64,000 bases of DNA from an uncultured Thiomicrospira sp. (GTDB lineage: Bacteria; Pseudomonadota; Gammaproteobacteria; CAKMZV01): contig OZ239628.1 of NCBI GenBank assembly GCA_965195345.1, positions 704,001-768,000 on the forward strand. The letters are read 5' to 3'. Positions 55,060-64,000 of this stretch are shown in pieces. Both the position numbers and the translations under genes were made by a program. Each line of letters starts with the position of its first letter. Within the stretch, counting starts at the first letter, position 1. Under the pieces are notes generated by a model that was not told where the DNA came from, did no database searches, and worked only from the letters and a program-made list of their open reading frames with translations.

Positions 55060-56520
55060 ATGTTAAACGAGAATTTTGGAAGTAATCATGAATTTAAAAA
55101 TTATATTAATGGGGAGTGGGTTGGTGGAGGCAGTGCGTTTGAAAATATCAATCCGTCAGACTTGAGTGATAAGATAGGATTGATTTCTGCAGCAACGTCA
55201 CAACAAATTAATGATGCACTTGTAGGTGCAAAAAATGCACAAAAAGAATGGGCGGCAACAGGCATTGAAAAACGTGCTGGATTATTGCAAAAAATTGGCG
55301 ATACTTTAATTGCTCGTTCTGCAACGGTTGGTGAATTGTTGGCGCGCGAGGAAGGTAAAACGCGTGCTGAAGGAATAGGTGAGGTATATCGATCGGGGCA
55401 ATTTTTTCAATATTATGCAGCACAATCATTGCGCTTAATGGGCGATTTTTGTGATTCAGTGCGCCCAGGTGTTGAAGTGGAAGTTTTGCGTGATCCAGTG
55501 GGGACGGTATTGATTGTTGCGCCTTGGAACTTTCCTGTTGCAGTACCTGCGTGGAAAATGGCTCCTGCTTTAGCGTTTGGTAACAGCGTCGTTCTGAAAC
55601 CAGCACAATTGACATCAGGCAGCGCGTGTGCGTTATTTGAAATTATTGAAGAAGTTGGTATGCCTCCTGGTTTATGTCAACTACTGTTAGGGAAGGGGAG
55701 TGTGGTTGGAGATCAGTTGATTAAGCACGATGGGTTTGATGCGGTTAGTTTCACTGGTTCTTTGAATACTGGACGTTTAATCGCGCAAGAATCAGCAAGC
55801 CGACTACGGCGTTTCCAATTAGAAATGGGCAGTAAAAATGCTTTAGTTGTGGTAGATGATGCTGATTTGGATGTTGCAGTAGCATGTGCAGTCAATGGTG
55901 CGTTTTTTGGCACTGGGCAGAAATGTACCGCTTCCTCACGTATTATCGTAACCGATAAAATACACGATGCTTTTCTTGAAAAATTTGTAGAAGCGACCAA
56001 AGTGTTAAAAGTTGGGCATGCTTTGCATCCAGATTCGCAGATTGGTCCTTGTGTCAATGCGGAGGAATTGGCTTCGAATCAACATTATGTTGCTGTGGCT
56101 AAAAAAGAAGGAGCGGGTGTGGCGTGGGAAGGGACGGTTGGGCAACAAGAAACCGAAGGACATTATTTTGCCCCAGTTATTTTTTATAATACAAAGAACG
56201 ACATGACAATTAATCGTGAAGAGGTATTTGGTCCAGTTACTTGCTTAATAAAAGCCAATGATTATGAAGAAGCATTACACATGTCCAATGATACGGATTA
56301 TGGGTTAACTTCTGGCATCATTACAACCTCATTGAAAACGGCCAATCATTTTAAACGGCATGCACAATCAGGATGCGTCATGGTGAATTTGCCGACGGCT
56401 GGTACGGATTATCATGTGCCTTTTGGAGGGAATAAGCTTTCTTCATTTGGTCCGCGTGAACAAGGGAGTTACGCTGCTGAATTTTATACGCGCGTAAAAA
56501 CAGCATACATTAAACCGTGA
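55060..56520 (+). CDS. Aldehyde dehydrogenase family protein (alpha-ketoglutaric semialdehyde dehydrogenase-like)
   Basis: PWNFP, FTGS, LEMGSK, GQKC, EEVFGP, PFGG. GGAG RBS supports ATG 55060. Confidence 0.9.
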   Translation: MLNENFGSNHEFKNYINGEWVGGGSAFENINPSDLSDKIGLISAATSQQINDALVGAKNAQKEWAATGIEKRAGLLQKIGDTLIARSATVGELLAREEGKTRAEGIGEVYRSGQFFQYYAAQSLRLMGDFCDSVRPGVEVEVLRDPVGTVLIVAPWNFPVAVPAWKMAPALAFGNSVVLKPAQLTSGSACALFEIIEEVGMPPGLCQLLLGKGSVVGDQLIKHDGFDAVSFTGSLNTGRLIAQESASRLRRFQLEMGSKNALVVVDDADLDVAVACAVNGAFFGTGQKCTASSRIIVTDKIHDAFLEKFVEATKVLKVGHALHPDSQIGPCVNAEELASNQHYVAVAKKEGAGVAWEGTVGQQETEGHYFAPVIFYNTKNDMTINREEVFGPVTCLIKANDYEEALHMSNDTDYGLTSGIITTSLKTANHFKRHAQSGCVMVNLPTAGTDYHVPFGGNKLSSFGPREQGSYAAEFYTRVKTAYIKP

Positions 56521-56779
56521 TCGACTTGATTGTCAATATGGAAGGCATAAATTGAAATGGGAAGATTTTTTTCTGATTTATCCATGCTGAGTACACATGT
56601 TTTTGCTTAATATCTATTGCTCTTATTTTTGATAAATACTGCTTGTTGACTCACAGTTTAATTTATAATAATTTGAGTATTCGTATCACAGGACGTGTCT
56701 TTACATCATTAGAATGCTGGCTTTTATCGCGCGCGCAAACTGTGGTGGTAATTTAGTACATACAAAAGTTGGGGCTATA

Positions 56780-59700
56780 ATGTTATTTGATATGCATAAT
56801 ATAAAACGGTGGTTGTTTTTGTCTTTGTTTGTTTTTCTGTCTGCCTGCGGTGGCGGTGGCGGTGGTGGTACAACACCTCCATCTACTAATACAGCACCAA
56901 GCTTAAGCCTCTCTGTCAATGCCGTAACGCTTGATGAAGATTTTGGCACCTTTATCATCAACACCACTGCAACCGATGCAGAAGATGGCGATCTTCCCAC
57001 TGCAGTGACTGGACAAGATGCCAGTCTATTCGCCGTAACCACTTCTACTAATCAGATAATACTCACCTCCGTAGCTAATGCCAACGGCATAGCTACGCTT
57101 ACAGTAAGCATTGTTGATAGCGGAAATCTCTCTGCTTCCACCGAAGTGGTTGTCACCATCAACGCCATCAATGATACGCCCACACTTACCTTTTCAACCA
57201 CTCAATTTAGTCTAAATCCAAATTTCATGCCTCAGACAATAGCAACAGCAACAGACGTTGATGATGCTTCCTTGCTCCTAACCTTTGCACTATCTGCAAC
57301 CGATGTAGTACAAATAACGACAGTTGCTAATCGGTTTATATTAAATCCTATCACTAATGCTTTTGGCGAGACAACCATCACTCTAACAGCAACTGATAAC
57401 AGCGGTAATCAGTCATCTCAAATTTTCACAGTGCGCGTTAACGGATTCCCTACATTAGCCTTATCAACGCAGCGTATCACTTTAGATGAAGACTTTGGCA
57501 CCTTTATCATCAACACCACTGCCACCGATGTAGAAGATGGCGTGCTTCCCGTTGCAGTGACTGGACAAGATGCCAGTTTATTCGCCGTAACCACTTCTAC
57601 CAATCAGATTATGCTTACCTCCGTTGCTAATGCCAACGGCACAGCTACACTTACAGTAAGCATTGTTGATAGTGGAAATCTCTCCGCTTCCACCGAAGTG
57701 GTGGTGATTGTCAACGCCGTCAATGATACGCCCACACTTACTTTTTCAACCACTCAACTTAGTCTAAATGCAAATTTCATGCCTCAGACAATAGCAACAG
57801 CAACAGACGTTGATGATGCTTCCTTGCTCCTAATCTCTACACCATCTGCAACCGATGTAGTACAAATAACGACTGTTGCTAATCAGTTTATATTAAATCC
57901 TATCACTAATGCTTTTGGCGACACAACTATCACCCTAGCAGTATCTGATGATGATGGTGCACGCTCTTCTTCTCAAATTTTCACAGTGCGCGTTAACGCA
58001 CCCATTGCATCGACAACGCCTACATTAGCTTTATCAACGCAGAACATCACTTTAGATGAAGACTTTGGTACTTTTATTATCAACACTACTGCAAGTGATG
58101 CAGAAGATGGGACGTTGTTAGTGAGAGTATCTTCTGGACAGGCTGGCTTATTAACCACTAATGCTACTACTGATCAAATTACGCTCACTTCCGTTGCCAA
58201 TGCTACTGGAACAGTTACGCTCAACGTACTTGCTATTGACAGTGGTGGTCTTGCAGCCTCCACCGAAGTGGTAGTTGTTATCAATGACGTCAATGATACT
58301 CCGACATTGACTCTTTCTACAACAAATATTACCATCGTTGAAAATGCCACTGCTCGTCAAACCATTTCCATTACTGATGTGGCAGATGTTGAGGGAAGCA
58401 CACTTACTTTTTCAGTCATTGCCTCCACTTCTGTGTTTAGTAGTAATCCTACATCTGTAGTCTCTTTTTCAGACACAAGAATGATAACCTTTAGTAGACA
58501 AAGTACTACTGCTCAACTCTATTACACTCTACGACCTGACAGCACAGGCACGGGCTTCATTCAAATTGCTCTAACAGATGGCATAGACACACAGTTTACA
58601 ACTGTTACTGTGACTGTGACAGAAGCTAAAAACCCGCCCCAAATCACTCAAGACTTTAGAACACATCGCTTCTTTGATGCACGTGCAACACGTGTGGGTG
58701 CTGTTGGAGGTGTCTTATTTGCAGCACGAGGTACATTCACTGGATCGCTTGTAACAACCTCTACAGATGGTACAGGGAATTTTGGCAGTCAATTAAACTT
58801 TGCTCGTTCCTTAGGGGGGAGTTTAGCAGAACTGTACACTGAGGAAACATACAACGCTTTATTGGGTTCTGTTTTAGTTTCCAATGGCACTGCAACATCA
58901 GGGTTTGGGGATGATCGTTTTTGGCTTGGATTGACCAATATGCCTGACTCTTTTGGAGTCACCGTAGCAGATCAATCTTCAACAGATAATCGCTACTTTT
59001 GGTTATCTGGTCAACGGGTATCGCAAGGATCAGGTGGTGCTCGTATAGACGTCCCAGGAGTATACATAGGCTGGGGGGCAGCTTCTCCGGGTAATCAGGG
59101 TTGTGCTGATCTGATTCTTGGTGAAGAAGTGCCTGTAGGGTTCAGACCTTGGGCAAGTGATGGGTGCAATGAGTCATCATTTGCTCTCTTCGGTATGCTA
59201 AAAGCGTTGATGCAGTTCCCAAATGGCTTACCTACTACCTCCTCAATGATCGTTCAAGCGAGGTCTCCGATCACCCGTATTCGTTTAAGTGGTTATGATC
59301 TTGATGGTTCAGATAATACATTGTCTTGGCAAGTCACCAGTGCATCTGGCGGTAGTATCACCACTTCCACAGTCTATAGCAGTACTGGCGCACAAACCTT
59401 AGAGATTTCTTACACCCCTGTGAGCGGCTTTTCAGACACTGCAACCCTTGTTGTAAGTTTAGATGATGGTGATAGTGCTACACAAAATAGTACTGCCCGT
59501 GTATTGGTGGTTAATAACACACCAACTTTAATACTCTCAACCAATACTATCAGCTTAGATGAAGACTTTACCAGCTTCGTCATTAACACCACTGCAACCG
59601 ATGCAGCAGGGGTAACCGACTTTAGTGTTAGCACAGGAAATGGTATTGTTCTTGTAACCACCTCTGCTGATGCAATTACACTGCAATCACTTGCGAATAT

Positions 59701-62386
59701 AAGTGGTGCTGTAACCTTAACAGTCGTTGTGGATAGTGGTCTTTTGGCAAATGTACAGACGATTAGCGTTGTGGTTAATCCAGTTAACGACACCCCCACG
59801 CTGTCTTTATCTGTGACGCAAAGGGTGCTTGCTCAAAACTTTGGCACTTTCGTCATCAACACCACTGCAACCGATGTGGAATCAGGCACATTGGGCTTTA
59901 GTGTCAGTACAGGTAATGGCATTGTTGATGTAACAACCTCTGTCAATACGATTACTCTGCAATCACTCGCCAATGTCATAGGCGATGTGACGTTAACGGT
60001 TAGCGTAAGCGATGGACTATTGACGGCCACACAGTCCATTTTTATATCCGTTAGTAGCGTTCCGACGTTTGAGTTGTCCACAAACACTATCGTTTTAGAT
60101 GAAGATTTTACTACCTTTACCATCAACACCACTGCAACGGCTGCAGATGGGGCTATATTACCTACTTCAGTATTGCAGAGCACGCCTAATCTACTTACGT
60201 TTAGCACCACAACTGGGCGCATTACCCTCTCATCTATTGCGAATGTGAATGGAGTAACGACCCTTACCGTCAGTGCAACCAATCAAGGTGGATTAACGAA
60301 TACGACAGAAGTAGCCATTACCATTAATTCCATTAATGATACTCCCACGCTCAGTTTATCAAGTACAAACTTAACCTTGGCACCTAATAGCACTGGTTTG
60401 ATAACTGCCTTTGGTGCAGATGTGGAAACAAGCAGTGCCTCATTGGTCTATTCTGTACAACAAAATCCATCTTTGTTGCAGGTGAGTACACAAGGCAATG
60501 TCATCGTACTGAGATCGACTACTACTGCAGGCTCGACCACTTTAGTGATAACCGTTACTGATGGCGGTAACTTAAGTGCTTCAGCAACCGCTCGAGTTAC
60601 TGTTCTCTCTGGCGTTTTGAATATTGCTTTGAATGTTAAACGCATTAACTTTTCTTGGAATACATCTCCTACAGCAAATCATTACCGCATGCTTAGCAAT
60701 GTCGATTTGAATGCTGGTGGTGGTTTTGTTGATGCCAGTAGCGCAAGCTTAGTTTTTATACCGAATAGCACGAATATTATCAATACTACAGTCTCTGCAA
60801 CAGTGGATGTAGCAGGCTATCTTTCTACGGCTGATGGACCACAGTATCTGCTAGAAGCTTGTAGTAGTGTGGATAATTCAGCCTGTTCTATTCATGCACA
60901 ACAATCCCTGAGCAATGCTCAGTTAGAGGGATTGATTGGTTACTTCAAAGCATCTAATACAGATGCTAATGATATGTTTGGTCGTAATGTAGCAATAAGC
61001 GGTGATGGTAACACACTTGTGGTCAGTGCACAATTTGAAGACAGCACCGCCACTGGCATTAACGGTGATCAAACAAACAATGGTGCGGGTGATTCTGGTG
61101 CAGTCTATGTTTTTGTACGCAACAGTGCAGGCACATGGAGTCAACAAGCATACATTAAAGCCTCTAATGCAGAAGCCAATGATCAGTTTGGTACAGCTAT
61201 ATCGATAAGCGATAATGGTAATACGCTAATTGTTGGTGCATTTGGGGAGGACAGCACCGCCACTGGCGTTAACGGTGATCAAACAAACAATGGTGCGGGT
61301 GATTCTGGTGCAGCCTATGTTTTTGTGCGCAGTAGTACGGCGGGCACATGGAGTCAACAAGCCTATCTCAAAGCATCTAATACAGAAGCTGGGGATGAGT
61401 TTAGCCGAGAAGGCGTTTCAATTAGTGGTGATGGTAATACTCTAATTGTCAGTGCACTTGGTGAAGACAGCAGTGCCACTGGTGTGGGCGGCGATGAAAC
61501 AAGCGGTGGTGCTGCTGATTCTGGTGCAGCCTATGTTTTTGTGCGCAGTAGTACAGATTCATCATGGAGCCAACAAGCTTATATCAAAGCTTCTAATCCA
61601 AATAGCACTGATCGATTTGGCGAAGCTGTATCGATGGATGATGATGGTAATACTCTAGTTATTGGTGCACCTTTTGAAGACAGCACTGCCACGGGCATCA
61701 ACGGCAATGAAACAAGTAATGGAGCACTTGGCGCAGGCGCAGCCTATGTTTTTGTGCGTAGTACTACGGGTACATGGAGTCAACAAGCTTACATCAAAGC
61801 CTCTAATACGGATTCTTTGGATAACTTTGGTACAACCGTACCAATAAGCGATGATGGTAATACCATCGTCATCGGTGCCGCTTTTGAAGACAGTAATGCT
61901 ACGGGTATCAACGGTGATGAAGTAAACAATAATTCAACTAACACTGGTGCAGCCTATGTTTTTGTGCGCAGTAGTACGGGCAGCTGGAGTCAGCAAGCCT
62001 ACATAAAAGCCTCAAATGCAGAGGATAGTGATCTATTTGGTCTCGATGCAGGGATAAGCGGTGATGGTAATACGCTTGTAGTCGGTGCATTTGGGGAGGA
62101 CAGCGCTGCTACTGGTATCAACGGCGATGAAACAGTAAATAGTGCAACTAATGCTGGTGCAGCCTATCTTTTTGTTCGTAGCAGCACGGGCACGTGGAGT
62201 CAACAAGCCTACATCAAAGCCTCTAACACAGAAGCAAATGATCAATTTGGTTCAGCTCTCTCAATAAGCGACGATGGTAGAACACTCGCTATTGGTTCAA
62301 ATGCTGAAGAGAGCGATGCCACCGGCATTAATGGCGATCAAGCAGACAATAGTCAAGATAACGCTGGTGCAGTGTATTTATATTAG
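56780..62386 (+). CDS. Giant surface lipoprotein/adhesin: Ig/cadherin-like repeats, C-type-lectin-like domain, seven FG-GAP repeats
   Basis: Lipobox LSAC + poly-Gly; repeated LDED...ATD.ED...NDTP modules; FWLGL...W...W...C...W...C segment; seven YxKASN...FG...GA.Y repeats. Start at 56780 or 56792. Confidence 0.88.
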   Translation: MLFDMHNIKRWLFLSLFVFLSACGGGGGGGTTPPSTNTAPSLSLSVNAVTLDEDFGTFIINTTATDAEDGDLPTAVTGQDASLFAVTTSTNQIILTSVANANGIATLTVSIVDSGNLSASTEVVVTINAINDTPTLTFSTTQFSLNPNFMPQTIATATDVDDASLLLTFALSATDVVQITTVANRFILNPITNAFGETTITLTATDNSGNQSSQIFTVRVNGFPTLALSTQRITLDEDFGTFIINTTATDVEDGVLPVAVTGQDASLFAVTTSTNQIMLTSVANANGTATLTVSIVDSGNLSASTEVVVIVNAVNDTPTLTFSTTQLSLNANFMPQTIATATDVDDASLLLISTPSATDVVQITTVANQFILNPITNAFGDTTITLAVSDDDGARSSSQIFTVRVNAPIASTTPTLALSTQNITLDEDFGTFIINTTASDAEDGTLLVRVSSGQAGLLTTNATTDQITLTSVANATGTVTLNVLAIDSGGLAASTEVVVVINDVNDTPTLTLSTTNITIVENATARQTISITDVADVEGSTLTFSVIASTSVFSSNPTSVVSFSDTRMITFSRQSTTAQLYYTLRPDSTGTGFIQIALTDGIDTQFTTVTVTVTEAKNPPQITQDFRTHRFFDARATRVGAVGGVLFAARGTFTGSLVTTSTDGTGNFGSQLNFARSLGGSLAELYTEETYNALLGSVLVSNGTATSGFGDDRFWLGLTNMPDSFGVTVADQSSTDNRYFWLSGQRVSQGSGGARIDVPGVYIGWGAASPGNQGCADLILGEEVPVGFRPWASDGCNESSFALFGMLKALMQFPNGLPTTSSMIVQARSPITRIRLSGYDLDGSDNTLSWQVTSASGGSITTSTVYSSTGAQTLEISYTPVSGFSDTATLVVSLDDGDSATQNSTARVLVVNNTPTLILSTNTISLDEDFTSFVINTTATDAAGVTDFSVSTGNGIVLVTTSADAITLQSLANISGAVTLTVVVDSGLLANVQTISVVVNPVNDTPTLSLSVTQRVLAQNFGTFVINTTATDVESGTLGFSVSTGNGIVDVTTSVNTITLQSLANVIGDVTLTVSVSDGLLTATQSIFISVSSVPTFELSTNTIVLDEDFTTFTINTTATAADGAILPTSVLQSTPNLLTFSTTTGRITLSSIANVNGVTTLTVSATNQGGLTNTTEVAITINSINDTPTLSLSSTNLTLAPNSTGLITAFGADVETSSASLVYSVQQNPSLLQVSTQGNVIVLRSTTTAGSTTLVITVTDGGNLSASATARVTVLSGVLNIALNVKRINFSWNTSPTANHYRMLSNVDLNAGGGFVDASSASLVFIPNSTNIINTTVSATVDVAGYLSTADGPQYLLEACSSVDNSACSIHAQQSLSNAQLEGLIGYFKASNTDANDMFGRNVAISGDGNTLVVSAQFEDSTATGINGDQTNNGAGDSGAVYVFVRNSAGTWSQQAYIKASNAEANDQFGTAISISDNGNTLIVGAFGEDSTATGVNGDQTNNGAGDSGAAYVFVRSSTAGTWSQQAYLKASNTEAGDEFSREGVSISGDGNTLIVSALGEDSSATGVGGDETSGGAADSGAAYVFVRSSTDSSWSQQAYIKASNPNSTDRFGEAVSMDDDGNTLVIGAPFEDSTATGINGNETSNGALGAGAAYVFVRSTTGTWSQQAYIKASNTDSLDNFGTTVPISDDGNTIVIGAAFEDSNATGINGDEVNNNSTNTGAAYVFVRSSTGSWSQQAYIKASNAEDSDLFGLDAGISGDGNTLVVGAFGEDSAATGINGDETVNSATNAGAAYLFVRSSTGTWSQQAYIKASNTEANDQFGSALSISDDGRTLAIGSNAEESDATGINGDQADNSQDNAGAVYLY
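56933..58054 (+). repeat. Intragenic tandem repeat, 552-570-bp units (two Ig-like domains each)
   Basis: GATGAAGA(T/C)TTTGG anchors at 56933, 57485 and 58055; units near-identical at nucleotide level. Confidence 0.92.
60941..62386 (+). repeat. Seven FG-GAP/integrin-alpha-like repeats of about 70 aa
   Basis: YFKASN, YIKASN x5 and YLKASN repeat starts; recurring WSQQA linker. Confidence 0.9.
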
Positions 62387-62625
62387 AATTTAGATAGCTA
62401 AAAGGCAACTAAAGTTGCTTGATTAATCCACCTTTATGTATTCATCGGGAAGGCAGGCATACAGCTTTTCTGCTTACCGCTTATTGCTTTAAATGTTATA
62501 AACTGCTTGCATTTTTTTTCATGCTTTAATTTATAATAAATCAAGTGTCACAGTGCAAAATATGAGCTTTTATCACGCGCATAAACTGTGGTGGTAATTT
62601 AATACATACAATAGTTGGGGCTATA

Positions 62626-64000
62626 ATGTTATTTGATATGCATAATATAAAACGGTGGTTGTTTTTGTCTTTGTTTGTTTTTCTATCTGCCTGCGGTGGT
62701 GGCGGTAGCGGTGATGGTGGCGACACAACACCTCCATCTACTAATACAGCACCAAGTTTAAGTCTCTCTGCCAACGCCGTAACGCTTGATGAAGATTTTG
62801 GCACCTTTATCATCAACACCACTGCCACCGATGCAGAAGATGGCGTGCTTCCCGTTGCAGTGACTGGACAAGATGCCAGTTTATTCGCCGTAACCACTTC
62901 TACCGATCAGATAATACTTACCTCCGTTGCTAATGCCAACGGCATAGCCACACTTACAGTAAGCATTGTTGATAGTGGAAATCTCTCCGCTTCCACCGAA
63001 GTGGTGGTGGTTGTCAACGCCGTCAATGATACGCCCACACTTACCTTTTCAACCACTCAACTTAGTCTAAATCCAAATTTCATGCCTCAGACAATAGCAA
63101 CAGCAACAGACGTTGATGATGCTTCCTTGCTCCTAACCTTTGCACTATCTGCAACCGATGTAGTACAAATAACGACAGTTGCTAATCGGTTTATATTAAA
63201 TCCTATCACTAATGCTTTTGGCGAGACAACCATCACTCTAACAGCAACTGATAACAGCGGTAATCAGTCATCTCAAATTTTCACAGTGCGCGTTAACGGA
63301 TTCCCTACATTAGCCTTATCAGCGCAGCGTATCACTTTAGATGAAGATTTTGGCACCTTTATCATCAACACCACTGCCACCGATGCAGAAGATGGCGTGC
63401 TTCCCGTTGCAGTGACTGGACAAGATGCCAGTTTATTCGCCGTAACCACTTCTACCGATCAGATAATACTTACCTCCGTTGCTAATGCCAACGGCATAGC
63501 CACACTTACAGTAAGCATTGTTGATAGTGGAAATCTCTCCGCTTCCACCGAAGTGGTGGTGGTTGTCAACGCCGTCAATGATACGCCCACACTTACCTTT
63601 TCAACCACTCAACTTAGTCTAAATGCAAATTTCATGCCTCAGACAATAGCAACAGCAACAGACGTTGATGATGCTTCCTTGCTCCTAACCTTTGCACTAT
63701 CTGCAACCGATGTAGTACAAATAACGACAGTTGCTAATCGGTTTATATTAAATCCTATCACTAATGCTTTTGGCGAGACAACCATCACTCTAACAGCAAC
63801 TGATAACAGCGGTAATCAGTCATCTCAAATTTTCACAGTGCGCGTTAACGGATTCCCTACATTAGCCTTATCAGCGCAGCGTATCACTTTAGATGAAGAC
63901 TTTGGCACCTTTATCATCAACACCACTGCCACCGATGTAGAAGATGGCGTGCTTCCCGTTGCAGTGACTGGACAAGATGCCAGTTTATTCGCCGTAACCA
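62626..64000 (+). CDS. Second giant lipoprotein/adhesin paralogue (5' part, runs off window)
   Basis: MLFDMHNIKRWLFLSLFVFLSACGGGSGDGG..., near-identical to the 56780 gene; no stop seen before the window end. Confidence 0.9.
   Translation, partial: MLFDMHNIKRWLFLSLFVFLSACGGGGSGDGGDTTPPSTNTAPSLSLSANAVTLDEDFGTFIINTTATDAEDGVLPVAVTGQDASLFAVTTSTDQIILTSVANANGIATLTVSIVDSGNLSASTEVVVVVNAVNDTPTLTFSTTQLSLNPNFMPQTIATATDVDDASLLLTFALSATDVVQITTVANRFILNPITNAFGETTITLTATDNSGNQSSQIFTVRVNGFPTLALSAQRITLDEDFGTFIINTTATDAEDGVLPVAVTGQDASLFAVTTSTDQIILTSVANANGIATLTVSIVDSGNLSASTEVVVVVNAVNDTPTLTFSTTQLSLNANFMPQTIATATDVDDASLLLTFALSATDVVQITTVANRFILNPITNAFGETTITLTATDNSGNQSSQIFTVRVNGFPTLALSAQRITLDEDFGTFIINTTATDVEDGVLPVAVTGQDASLFAVT
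62788..64000 (+). repeat. Intragenic 552-bp tandem repeat (two full units plus start of a third)
   Basis: Anchors at 62788, 63340 and 63892, exactly 552 bp apart. Confidence 0.93.

Noticed and set aside
58700-59220. C-type-lectin-like domain as a diversity-generating retroelement target
   Set aside because: The domain is internal, and no reverse transcriptase or template repeat with adenine-specific mismatches was seen in the window.

Overview
Bacterial chromosome window, AT-rich by eye, with proteobacterial (probably gammaproteobacterial, marine or host-associated) housekeeping genes. The backbone is etfB (partial), a dimethylglycine dehydrogenase-like gene, aroC, prmB, trpS, tal, a full atp operon, tRNA-Val/Asp, rnc-era-recO-pdxJ-acpS, apbC, dcd, tRNA-Gln-prs, argS, hisI, pyrC, cysS and a porin. 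Three accessory blocks interrupt it. (1) A defence island at about 7.9-23.5 kb centres on a type I R-M system with two HsdM paralogues (NPPF and NPPY). A GmrSD(DUF262/HNH)-Schlafen(AlbA_2) fusion gene sits between them with ATGA overlaps on both sides. Fic, VOC and an ImmA/IrrE-PIN pair follow. (2) A three-gene LsrG-like/class II aldolase/LsrK cassette lacks the rest of the lsr operon. (3) Two tandem giant surface lipoproteins carry near-identical 552-bp Ig/cadherin-like repeats; the complete one also has a C-type-lectin-like domain and a 7-bladed FG-GAP propeller. Several decayed remnants not in the ORF track were also read from the sequence: a SnoaL-like pseudogene, an excisionase-like HTH pseudogene and an IS3 fragment. 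All product calls come from motif recognition; no database searches were run.
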